NCBI GenBank assembly: GCA_965644295.1
Contig: CBFFRP010000199.1
Span: 62,001-126,000 of the forward strand
From: Paraphysomonas bandaiensis
Lineage: Eukaryota > Protista > Chrysophyceae
Length of the DNA stretch: 64,000 bases
Direction of reading: 5' to 3'
Positions 38,883 to 50,374 of the stretch are shown here, one piece after another (the first letter of the stretch is position 1; the number at the start of each line of letters is the position of its first letter). A program made the translations under genes and the position numbers. Below the pieces are notes generated by a model, which saw only the letters and a program-made list of their open reading frames with translations, was not told the origin of the DNA and did not search any database.

Positions 38883-39333
38883 ATTATGTTCCCTAGCCCT
38901 GGTATAGACACGTAATATAAAGATTTAACTGCATCTTCTTTAGCAGTTACGGTATAGCTTTCATGTATTTGCATTACTCTTATTACAACTGGAATAATAT
39001 ATGCCACTTAGTAGTAATGTGGTAGTAATGTATTACAACCATATATAATTCGTGATGTGAATTCGGAAACATTATATCACTACACGAAAACGATGAGGCA
39101 AGTCTTTTGCCCTCCAACGGGGTATAAACTCTTTCCTATACTTTTCTGCATAACATAAATATAGTGCCTCTTAGTACAATCAATATCGAGTAGTAATCTA
39201 TTGGTATAGATTTTCGGGAACAATTCAAATGGCTCGAATCTTACATACAGATTACAACAGTGTTGCTATGATATCGGCAATAACATGGTGGCAAAGGAAA
39301 TAGTATCGCAGAAATTTAAAACACTGAGATAAA

Positions 39334-40742
39334 CTAAATTCGTTCTAATACACATCTTTTCACTTGACGCCAGTCAACTTCACAAACAAGCTCTCTTTCA
39401 GACAGCTCACCCTGAACCGAAAAGATAAAGACTTGTTAACACAAACATGATGCAATAATCATAGCCAATAATACATACCAGCGGATTAAAGCCTAGCCAG
39501 CACCCACTGTAGTCCTCTCCGTTGTCACTATCTTCACTATCACTCCCATCGTCCTCGTGGCAGGCGTCACTCCTTTCTTCACTATTCTGAGCACTATTCG
39601 ACTGTGACCCTTCTACTGTGCCACCTCGCGTACCAACTGTCGCCCCTGATGCAATAAATGCATTGGGAGTACAATTGCTACTGAGACTTGATAGATCACG
39701 CACCAAACGGAAAAAAGGCTTCCCATTATCATTTTGCTCAAGGAAAGTTTTCAGCATCCACATGGCGACTCTTGTACAGTCACTTGAAAGGTAGACTAAG
39801 GCCCCAGGAGAAATATGAGAAGCAAGATCTCGCACTAATTGAGGTTGAACCAACATGCGCTTCAAGTGACGTTTCCTTCGCCACGGATCTGGAAACTACC
39901 CGAGCAAAATTGCAATGAGATACCGAAGAAGTGGAGTTAGTGATATACCTGTATGCTAATAAGACGCAGTGCACCACGAGGGAAAGCGCTCAGCAACTCG
40001 TTCATAGACGCCACAAAGTTGCATGCCAAAAAGTGAATGTTTTTCTTGGCTTGCTTGCCACTTTCTCTAGCATTAGAGGAGTACGTGTTCTGCACTCGTT
40101 GCATGGCTTCTGCCACGGTATTCGGTCGGATCTCAACACCGAGGTGGTTCCAACCCTCTCGCTCCGGTCGATACGCAAGGCGCTCGATGCACCGTCCCCG
40201 CGCACAGCCCACATCAATGTGTAGAGGTAAGGTAGGGTCGCTGTACCAGGAACAAGTGTCAATATTTCCCAGTGATGGTGTTAAATCTACACTGTGGATG
40301 AAACGTCAAGCTGTTAATACTGCACCAAAAGTAAATAAACTAACCTAAACGGATTTGCCATACGTTTGGGAGCAGATACCCTCAAACCCCTTGTTCTCTT
40401 TCTTTTTGTTCCTTGTCCGACACTGTCACCATCGGGATCAATCTGTTTGATACACTGCAGCAGAACTTCTCTGCACTCATGTAACACTTTTCCCTCTTCT
40501 GCAATACGGCGCGATTCAGCTAAAGCTGATAGATAAAAGTAAGAAAGATGAAGAAACAAGAAATGATTTGTTATATTACCTGATGCTGAATGCTCGGTGC
40601 AAAACCCATCAGTGCTTCCATCAGCTACACGATGACTGCACTTCCTCTGCTTTCTTTTAATCCAGTATTGACAAAACTGTGTTTCACTTGTGTGGTCAAA
40701 CTTCCACATCTCTTTCTGACCTTCACATGATTCAGAACTCAT
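39334..40742 (-). CDS. trmB: tRNA (guanine-N7)-methyltransferase, TrmB type, with N-terminal Trm13-like CCCH finger (multi-exon)
   Basis: DVGCARGRCIERLA..HLGVEIR, FLACN, FPDPWRRKRHLKRMLVQP, VYLSSD, SERELVCE; N-terminal CQYWIKRKQRKCSHRVADGSTDGFCTEH. Confidence 0.85.
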
Positions 40743-41056
40743 AATTATGGCAATCTTTACAATGTAAGATGTAGCTAGGCTATGTTTAATAGAGCACTCT
40801 GTCGTGTATATAACCAGCACCAATCATATCATATCAGCTACAGTTACAGTATACTACCGTATACCACGGTATACCAGTATACAAGGTGGAGTTGTAGTTT
40901 GGAACCGTATTCCAAAATACGGTTTCGTTGGTTAACAAAAAATTTCCCCTTTAAAAATTTAACAGTATACAGTTGTATTCTCTACAGTATATACTCTGTA
41001 TGAAAACATTGACCTAAAATATATGGTATACAGTTGTATATAGATATACAGTATAT

Positions 41057-41190
41057 GTGCATGTCGATTTGTTAATTGTTTATTTCATTGAAAAGTCATC
41101 ATTTTTTCAATGAAAATTGTAAAAAAGTGACTTTTTAATGAAAAAACGATGACTTTTTAATGAAATAAACAATGAACAAATCAATAAAAT
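41057..41190. mobile_element. MITE-like element, copy 2 (right end degenerate)
   Basis: GTGCATGTCGATTTGTTAATTGTTTATTTCATTGAAAAGTC... matches 35121-35235. Confidence 0.65.
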
Positions 41191-41415
41191 CCACAAACCA
41201 CCCCCTCCACCCTGCCTGCCTGCTGCTGTATAGTGTTTTAAAATCCGGAAAAGACATCGACATCCTTCTGTAACCCCACTGCACTCTTCTACTCTGTATG
41301 TATATAATCCACACACCAACATTTCTACTTAAAAAATCATGTATATACTATACAGAGTCACCATAATATGAATGTCTATATATATAATTTCATGATATTA
41401 TAATATCATATTAAT

Positions 41416-43203
41416 ATGTCAGAATCTACACATTGTGATGATTGGGAACGTGATTCAATTGCTGCAAGTAGTGAATCAGGTTTAGGAAATAATTCTAATG
41501 AAAATGGTATGAATTCAAATCAATCCTTATCTATAAACACTAGTTTAGCAAATACATCAAATAAATCTACAGGTAAAAAGAAAAAAACATGGTGTAGATG
41601 GCCAGAAGATGCTGCAAGTCAAATTACATCTGTAGTAGATATGTATATGAATCAGGGATATGCTGCTACAGCATTATGGGATAAAGTAAGTGAACATTTT
41701 GGTGGAATATCACCTTCTGCTTGTAGCAATAAGTGGCGATATGAGAAACGTAAATTAGATTGGATGTGCGAGGACGGCACTTATGCGAAATCTTTAGTTC
41801 CAGACCCTTTGGCCAAAAAATCCCGTAAAATCAATTCTGACCGCGGTGATCCATACGGCACAAAGAGCGGAAGAAAACGGCCATATATATGGAGCTTAGA
41901 TGAATTTAGGCTGCTTGAAGAATCTGTGGAGGAGCTAAAAAAGGAAGGGCTATCGGGAAATAATCTATGGGACAAGGTCAGTGAACGTCTTGGTGGAAAT
42001 GTGGAACCTGTGCAATGTATGAACAAATACAACTACCACCATCCTAAATGGAAGCCCCGGCTATGGAATGATAGCGACACGGCCCGTCTCTCTGAAGTAG
42101 TAGAAGAGATTCGCAAGAATGATATTAAGGGTAGCGAGCTGTGGGAGAAAGTCAGCGAGGCAATGGGCGGGTCTTTCTCTGCTAAGCAGTGCGAGACCCG
42201 TTATCGATCCCTTTCAGATCGGTCTGATCGACCGCAGCAGTGGACACAAAAAGATGTATCTGACCTGCGGCATGCCGTAGACCAATACAAGGTGGCGGGG
42301 TATGAAGGGGCAGTTCTCTGGGAGGAGGTGAGTAAACGGATGTCCGGGCGTCCCCCCAGTGAGTGTCGACAGAAGTACGAGGCCCTACCCCGCGAAAAGC
42401 GAAGCACAGTAACATGGAGGGAAGCGGATACTCGAAAGCTCTGTGAGGCTGTTGAGTCCTGCAAAAAAGATGGCATGCGACATACACGCCTGTGGGCCTC
42501 TGTGAGTGAGGAGATGGGTGGACGATGGTCCGCTTCGGCCTGCGAGCAGAAGTGGCGAAGCGTGGCAGGTTATGAATCAACCAAGTGGTCGGAGGAAGAT
42601 TGTGCAGCTCTCGCTCAGGCTGTGGAGGATAGCGAGGCTGAGGGACTGACTGCTTCTAAGCTATGGGAGAGGGTGAGCGAACTATTAGGTGCCAAGTATA
42701 CGCCCCGGCAGTGCAGTCATGAATACCATAGAGCCAACAAGGCGCGTTCCTCACAGTGCTGGTCGGAGGAGGCCGAACAGAATCTTAAGGCTGCTGTAGA
42801 ATCGTACAAGTATTTGGGCTATCGCAACCAAGACCTATGGAACAAAGTGAGTGAGCATCTCGGTGTAGGTTGGTCCGCAAGGTATTGCAAGTACAGGCAC
42901 CAGCATAGCGTTACGACCAAACCTCCTCTTAGCGAATGCAATGAAGAGTTGGGTCGGCTTAAGGTTATTGTGGAAATACACAAGGACCTGCAGTGTGATG
43001 AAACGGTGTTTTGGGATAGTGTCAGCAGACATATGGGGCCTAAGTGGACACCAGAGCGGTGCTGCAAGAACTTTGAAGTGGTGACGCAGAAGGTGAAATC
43101 AGAGACTTGTACCACATCTGGTGACTGTGACACGCGGGAAAATGGTCGCTTGGAACCCCATAATCAGTCAAGCAGCGAAGTGCCACTAAAAGATGTGAAA
43201 TGA
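41416..43203 (+). CDS. Myb/SANT-like protein with eight tandem repeats, intronless
   Basis: Repeated W-x4-5-L..V...G...LW(D/E)KVSE..GG....C..(K/R)(W/Y) pattern, eight copies. Confidence 0.88.
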   Translation: MSESTHCDDWERDSIAASSESGLGNNSNENGMNSNQSLSINTSLANTSNKSTGKKKKTWCRWPEDAASQITSVVDMYMNQGYAATALWDKVSEHFGGISPSACSNKWRYEKRKLDWMCEDGTYAKSLVPDPLAKKSRKINSDRGDPYGTKSGRKRPYIWSLDEFRLLEESVEELKKEGLSGNNLWDKVSERLGGNVEPVQCMNKYNYHHPKWKPRLWNDSDTARLSEVVEEIRKNDIKGSELWEKVSEAMGGSFSAKQCETRYRSLSDRSDRPQQWTQKDVSDLRHAVDQYKVAGYEGAVLWEEVSKRMSGRPPSECRQKYEALPREKRSTVTWREADTRKLCEAVESCKKDGMRHTRLWASVSEEMGGRWSASACEQKWRSVAGYESTKWSEEDCAALAQAVEDSEAEGLTASKLWERVSELLGAKYTPRQCSHEYHRANKARSSQCWSEEAEQNLKAAVESYKYLGYRNQDLWNKVSEHLGVGWSARYCKYRHQHSVTTKPPLSECNEELGRLKVIVEIHKDLQCDETVFWDSVSRHMGPKWTPERCCKNFEVVTQKVKSETCTTSGDCDTRENGRLEPHNQSSSEVPLKDVK

Positions 43204-43414
43204 TACATAATTACAGGATCTATACTTTGTACAGGGGGCTTTATATTTCCACAAGGCAAGCAAAACAACAATTATAGGAGTACATGGACTAGTAGGGATG
43301 CGCAATCTGGCATGCAGAATATGAGTGAATGCAATGAGTTATATGAATAATATATAATAAACATTACGCAGATGTACGATTAGAAATAATCATAGCTCAT
43401 TAGATGTTAATCAT

Positions 43415-43609
43415 CACGGCATTTTTGTATTCAGATAATGATGTGCACATATCTATATAGTCATGAAACTATATACTGAGCACTGTCTCTCTGTGCTAAT
43501 TAAGGCACTGGAACAACGCTTCTGTAGAAAGGATTAGTTGGAGAAGTACCGGAGAATTCTCCCAGTCCAAGATAGAGTACAGAGTCGACTAGGAGAATCA
43601 AAAGTAGTG
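43415..43609 (+). mobile_element. CACTA-ended MITE (~195 bp), colinear copy
   Basis: Right end CAAAAGTAGTG (revcomp CACTACTTTTG); degenerate left end CACGGCATTTTTG; homologous to 45229-45447. Confidence 0.6.
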
Positions 43610-43732
43610 TCTCTTCATGTGTTGTTCGACGAGAGTAACCCACTAAGGAATCAGAATTACGATGATGAGTTAGAAGCTACTGTCGCAAAGAGTAACCTTT
43701 AGGCCCGTATTGTAGAAGGCTTCACCCAACTT

Positions 43733-44913
43733 CAGGCTTGCGTAACCATTAATGGCCATTAATGGCGACGCATTGCTTCCCCCATTTTTATGGCCATTAA
43801 TTTTAAAAATCCCACCATTTTTATGGCCATTAATGGACCATTTATGGTTTGATTACTATTGCTTTATTGCTTTTTAGAAAGAAGTAAATGGAAAGTGCTA
43901 ATAATTAGACTAAGTACTAGCTATTTAACAGCAATGATGAGCAGTTCGTTCTCATGTTACAGTCAGGTCAGATAGCTAATACGAACAATATTCTTAAACA
44001 TCATCAGCAACTATAATATCATCAATGGTAACTTCGTTCCATAAGAATTTGTTGCAACGCAAAAGAGTAGCAGCTCCAAATGTTGGGGTTCCATTAGCTT
44101 GCGCTGGTCTCTCATAATAAGTTTTGCTCTGCTAAATAATCGCTCAACAATATTGGAAGTCGTCACCAAATGATTCATGGAGCGATATTTAGTGGCTCTC
44201 CTGCTGTTCTTTGCCTTTTTTGCCACAGCTTCTCTCACTATATCCACAGCAAATCCTCCTGTTTCCCCCGTTTCATCATCGCCACTGCTATCGTCATCCT
44301 TATGAGCCGCAAGGAGATAGCCCTTAACGGTTTTAGATTCTGCAACAGTCAGAGTATTCTCCAGTTGGCTTTGGATCTTCACAACAGCTCTCTCGAATAA
44401 TGGGTCAGTTGTAATGGTAGCATTAGCACCAAGATACTGTTCCATATCTGGAAAGTTTTCAATAAGTTTGTCGAACATGCTACGCACAACATAATGATCT
44501 ACAGACGATTTCTGCAGCATCAATGCGACAAGTGGCTGGGCTGTGAATTTAAAACTAGAAAAGAAGGTGGTACAATCAATTCATGTTAACATTATTTCAC
44601 AACATGATTGTGCTGTTATCACATCAATAGAATTTATATGAATTCTTAAAACAGATTGCTTAAATGACTTAAATACGTATATAATATGTTAATAACTAAT
44701 AATGCACCGGAAGGTCGTGGCTTGTCACGTATTCTCACATGATGCTGACAACTGGATACTAACTAATGGATATTGCCATTAATGGCCATTAATGGGCACT
44801 ACATCTCTCCCCCATTTTTATGGCCATTAATGAATTGCTTTTTTTTCCATTTTATGGGGGAAGGCCATTAATGGCCATTAATGGCCATTACCATTAATGG
44901 TTACGCAAGCCTG
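43733..44913 (-). mobile_element. Non-autonomous hAT element (1181 bp)
   Basis: Perfect 23-bp TIR CAGGCTTGCGTAACCATTAATGG; perfect 8-bp TSD CCCAACTT (43725-43732, 44914-44921); GGCCATTAAT subterminal repeats. Confidence 0.95.
43985..44523 (-). pseudogene. 5'-truncated hAT transposase, C-terminal dimerisation region
   Basis: LVTTSNIVERLFSRAKLIMRDQRKLMEPQHLELLLF (hAT C-terminal S..ER.FS motif); the catalytic N-terminal part is absent. Confidence 0.85.
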
Positions 44914-45228
44914 CCCAACTTGTCATTACAACCATATTATAGAGTATACAACGGATAATACATGGTCAGAGCGGTCCCTCTAATAACAAATGTCAAAATC
45001 TGTTCATTTTCACGTCAATCCTGTAATCTATGCTTGCTATGCCGAGCTACACAGAAGTACAGCAGGCAACCTAGCTATAGTACTATTTATCGCATTAACG
45101 GGCATAGTATTTATTGTTTAGTATTACGTGGAACAGAGCTATCACCCTATTGACAACCTATAATATTCGCGCTCTATACATATAAGCATATAATCTTTAC
45201 TTAATAGCACCATTTCGTCCCACGTTTT

Positions 45229-45447
45229 CTTTCTACAGAAGTGTTGATCCAGTACTTTAATTAGAAGAGAGAGAGACAGTGCTTAGTATAGTTTCATGAC
45301 TATATGGATATGCGCTCATCATTAACTGAATACAAAAGTAGTGAATATACACTACTTTTGATTCTCCGAGTCAGACTCTGTACTCTATTTTGGACTGGGA
45401 GAATTCGATAAAATATTCGATCTACGACTTCTCCTACTAATCCTTTC
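45229..45447 (-). mobile_element. Circularly permuted copy of the CACTA-ended MITE with joined ends
   Basis: The two halves are in swapped order relative to 43415-43609. Internal junction CAAAAGTAGTG-AATATA-CACTACTTTTG (45333-45360); CTTTC at both outer borders. Confidence 0.7.
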
Positions 45448-45532
45448 GTCGATTACTCTCTGGAATCATTACGTACGCTTTATATTACGACGTAGTGAAT
45501 GTCTTATTATAATTAGCAGATTAGTAGCAATA

Positions 45533-45705
45533 CGCGCTTAAAAGTCAGAACTAATGTAGGATTGCAATTTAACTATTCGTACGTGTTTAACTCTGGTATC
45601 CTATTATATTATGCCACCAAAGCTGCCTGTGTGTCAGGGAAAGCATTAAGGTGCAATCACTTCTGCTCTATCACATTAAGCCAACCCAGTGAACAAGCAT
45701 AAATG
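45533..45705 (-). repeat. Dispersed repeat family, copy 3 (partial, opposite orientation)
   Basis: AGTCAGAACTAAT..TGCAATTTAACTA..TTAACTCTG.TATCCTA..AAAGCTGC..CATTAAGG.GCAA..GCTCTATCAC matches the reverse complement of 10980-11130. Confidence 0.75.
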
Positions 45706-46134
45706 TATTAGAATATGAATTATATTCTAGTAAATTTAGTGTGGCACTTGAAGACAATGTACGAGATAGTGAAGTATGGTGATGTACAAATGCTGTAATG
45801 ATATTGATAAAGATAAGTTTAGTAGCGAGAGGTTCACTCTTCACACATGCAGCAGATTATGCGTACTCCAGCTACTTCAGGCGACAACCACCCCTAGAAT
45901 TCTATCCTCTACAAGAGTCCAAACCCGAAAGAGGCGAGCGCAACCACTCGTATACATTGTAAGATCGTATATAGTCACGACCATATACAGTATGCAGCCA
46001 TTATATTTTCCATTTAGCTGAGATACTTAATCACATCATTAATGTTTACATAATACGACTTTGATTGCTTACAAACAAGCAAAAATCAACGAAAACACAT
46101 TGTCCGGAATATATTATCAATAAAACAAGAGCAG

Positions 46135-47805
46135 TTAAGGAAAGAGCGATTGCTGAGCAGTCCAAACAATTACTTTTCCATCTGCGCCGCCGGTAGCCAC
46201 CACTCCAGGAAAGCAAGACTTGATACACCACACTTCACCTCTATGCCGTACGTGTTGATCGAGAACAATTAAATCATCAAGACATTTCCACGACCGAATG
46301 ATAATTTTGCCATCCGACAACCCCACTAGCAGAACAATGCCTCCTGCCAGTGATAAAATAAGATATTTTAACATGTCATAAGATTACATATATGAAAAAC
46401 GTACCATATCCGTCTTCTGCAGACGCCAAAGCTGTCACTACCGTGCCTTCATCTGTTGAATAATGGAGCTTACCATTTGGTAACCAAACCTTCACGCTAC
46501 AATCCACGCTTCCGGACACAACGAACTCTCCATCAGTGGGCGTGTTCACTAGGGTCATACATGTGACCGCCTCAATGTGGCCATCCGTAGCAGAGGTTAC
46601 AGAGCCTACCATCTGCACCGTTGCCATATTCCAAACGCATATTGAGTTATCCATCGAACCAGACCATAACATAGAACCTACAGAGCGATCAATCAGTCAT
46701 GGAGATGTCAGCAATAGAAATCTCTCAACACAAGCGCAAATACACTGCCTACAACGCAATGAGGTGGCATAAAACGCTTTCAGAGTAAGCTCATCTATAG
46801 ATCAGTCGTGCAACATACCATTATGGATTGATACACAAACACAGACTATAACATCTACATCTTTCCGCGAAAAAGCAGAATTCTAAGTATAACATGCGTG
46901 CCAGTCCTACATCTTACCTTGGAGTACCATACATGTGACCCCTCTGATGTGCCCTTCCAACGCTGTGACATGAGACACAATACCCGTGGCTGCGCTTAAA
47001 GTCCATATGTGAATATTCCCCTCCAACCCTCCAGTAATAAAATGAAGATCGCCGTCCATCATCCGCACAATGAATTGTAACACAGACATCGGGTGAGTGT
47101 AAGGCCTCTTTTCAGACAGCTGCAGCGGAATACCAAAAAAGATACAATTACATATAAATAGCATGAAGTTACAACGCATGAGCGTAAAAGGATGTAATAG
47201 CAATGTGGAACTATTTTACGGCATGCAGCTGTGAGACGTGTTGTACATTTCGCACCTGTAATTCGAACGTCTTAGAGTCTGTAATATTCATAGCATGCAC
47301 TTGTCCTACAGTCTCTCCAGGAAATTGATCGCTGCTTACATCCATAGACCAGATAATAAAGTTCTCAACAACTTCAATGTGTTTAATTTCACCAGCCAGT
47401 GTACTACTGCCATTTTTACTTAGGGAGTTACTAGCGGAGTTCCAAGACCATTGACTGAGCAATTTATCAGCCGACCCAGTATAAAATGTTCCATCAGCAA
47501 GTACTACTAGACCTTTTATAGGAGCTGAATGTGCATGTTCACATGCCATTAAACTGATATCGTGTGAAAACCTGACATAAGGACTCAGTTATACAAAAAG
47601 ATGTATGTATTTTGTAAGCATACGTGCAATCCGTTCCTTTATTGCATTTTCCAACAATATGAAAATAACACACTTTCTTTCCAGTATTACCACCATGTCC
47701 ACCTCTACCTCCACCTCTACCACTTCCACTACCTCGTCCATGATGATTTGATCGATAAGTATTCCCTCGATTTCCATTATTTCCATTATGTCGTCCTATA
47801 TTCAT
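46135..47805 (-). CDS. CCCH zinc finger + WD40 protein (ZFWD-like), multi-exon, RG-rich N-terminus
   Basis: CYFHIVGKCNKGTDCT|FSH; WD repeats GHIRGVTCM..LWSGSMDNSICVWN, GHIEAVTCM..VVSGSVDCSVKVW, ATGGADGKVIVW. Confidence 0.85.
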
Positions 47806-48339
47806 AGTTTCTTTAATAGAATCACACAAATATTATGATTTTTATGGAATATTATTCGATCTATTAGATTTACTTGCTCTATAATTAAAGTTACTCCAAC
47901 TATATAGAGACATGTATGCATGTATGTATGTATGTATGTATGTATGTTGCTTGTGTAGGAATTCCTCGTAGCAGTGTGATATGGGAATTTCTGTATGGCT
48001 CTTGTGCCTAAATCTTCGTAGGTGTCCATTATTGGTAAATTATCTGGTCATTAAAATCCCTAATTTATACAATATGATCATTAAAATCCACAATTTCTAC
48101 AATATCAGCAAAAAAAATTGGTCAACCTCCTCATAAACTTCTTATGATATCTGCTGCTGGTGATGATTACTGAGAATGGATTGGCTGATAGAGTGAATGG
48201 TGTGAGTATACATGTATATGTATGTAGCTGTATGTATGTAGGTACCTGTATGCGGTATGGAACATAGAGAGACTGCCACTGAATATACAAGTACATTACA
48301 ATCTCATTCTATTTCTATTATTGATAGAATTGTATAGTA

Positions 48340-49935
48340 ATGACAACATTATTCGCTACCTCATCAGAGGTTTCAAAGCGATTACATGACAATAACACTC
48401 CATCTATAGAGAAATCAGATCATGAATTATCTACAGAGATACAGTCGGAATTATCTGAACCAGCTAATACATTTGCTGATTTGGTGTGTGTATGATTATC
48501 TCAAGTTGTTATATGTTTATGTGATGTGTTTGTATAGGGACTGATTGAGTGGGTATGCAACTCATGTCGTGCAATGGGATTTAAGCGTCCCACACCAATT
48601 CAACAAGCATGCATCAAAGCAATCCTTGATGGGAGGAATGTAATGGGTTGCGCTGAAACTGGAAGTGGAAAAACTGCAGCCTTTGCACTTCCAATGCTAC
48701 AACATCTATCTGAAGACCCGTATGGTGTTTATGGCATCATATTGACTCCTACACGTGAGCTGGCCGTTCAAATTGAGGAACAGGTCACAGCACTTGGATC
48801 TCCTATTGGTGTTCGTACTTGTTTAGTTATTGGTGGCATGGGGCTTATCGACCAGAGTATCGCACTCTCTCGACGTCCTCATATTGTTATCGCCACCCCT
48901 GGTAGACTTCGACACCATTTAGAGTCTGCTGATCCCCCAGACCTATCTAGATCCCGGTACTTAGTGCTAGATGAGGCTGACCGACTTCTTTCTGTGGGGT
49001 TTGAATCGGAACTGCGCGCAGTGATTCAGCGCATGACACATCGTCGCCGACAGACGCTACTGTTCTCAGCAACTCTAACGTCATCTCTTGAGCAGCTCGA
49101 GCAGATCGCCTCATCCAATGGAACTCTACGCTTTGATCTTACCACGAATCAAGTTCTCCCTGTCTCTCTTACTCAACAATATCTCTTTGTGCCTTCCCAA
49201 GTAAAGATATGTTTCCTGGTAGCGGTGATTAAACGTTTGTACGAGCAAGAGAGAGAGCAGTCATCCCTAGATGATGATGATATTTCTTCCAAAAAACTCA
49301 AAAAGAAAGTTAAAAAGAGTTCTTCTAGCAAGGAAGATGCACCTGCGAGTGCTACTCCGCCCAGTACATCTATAATTATTTTCGCGAGCTCGTGCAAGCG
49401 TTGCCAGTTAATTACAGAGGTATTGCTGCAGGTTGGCATTGACTGCGTCACGATGCACTCTCTGTTGAGTCAGTCGCGGCGAGCGGCCTCTCTTGGAAAG
49501 TTTAAAAATCAAGCATGCAGAGTACTAGTTGCCACTGATATTGCCTCCAGAGGACTCGACATTCCTCAGGTTAATCTGGTGATTAATCTGGACATGCCGA
49601 AAGTAGCGACGGACTATGTGCACCGTGTTGGCCGTACTGCTCGTGCAGGGAGGGCTGGTCGCAGTCTGTCCATCGTTTCTCCACAGGAGGTAGATTTGGT
49701 GCATAATATCGAGGAGTATACTAAAATAAAGATGACTCTGTCCGAAGAAGTTAGTAATGATGACGTCATACCATTCTTGAATCCAATTGCGAAGGCAATG
49801 AAGCTTGCTGAGCTGAGAATGATGGAAGTTGGTTTCGAAGAGAAAGCTGAACTGGCACAAAAAAGAAAGCGCAAACAGCTACGTAAAGAACATAAAAAGA
49901 TAGCAAAAAATAAAAAACTAAATGGTAGTTCATAG
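48340..49935 (+). CDS. DDX49: DEAD-box RNA helicase DDX49/Dbp8; intron 48484-48537
   Basis: PTPIQ, AETGSGKTAAFALP, LSEDPYGVYGIILTPTRELA, RPHIVIATPGRL, DEAD, SAT, ATDIASRGLDIP, HRVGRTARAGR. Confidence 0.9.
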
Positions 49936-50374
49936 TACTGAAAAATCTTTAACGTATAATAATTATGTATTATGATTCGATATTAATGCTCTCTTTTATT
50001 GTATATACGTCAAAGTTGTTTCAACAGGATGTCACTCTTTGTTGATAAACTAATTTCATAATATAGATGCTTGAGAAGTATCAATAGTGGTTACTACTTT
50101 ATGCATAGAATGTTAAGTACTATGATTTGTGATACTACTTTCAACACTTTAGAGATAAGGTAAATAGAAACTACTACCTATATCATTGATTAGAGCAACT
50201 ACTTTGCAGAATTTACCTATTATTATTATATGTTAGTCTCAAGGACATCAATAATGTGACCGATAATATAACTAATGTCGCTAGAGTATGTGATATATCT
50301 CATTCACTATTCAATCACTTCCAGCAATGATTCAGTCAATGCTGAAGAGTACAACCTGAATAATCCACGATTGT

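Noticed and set aside
43430-43482. Hammerhead ribozyme or C/D snoRNA (TGATG..GAAAC..CTGA)
   Set aside because: The CTGATGA core is missing, the boxes differ between the two copies, and the region is better explained as MITE interior.
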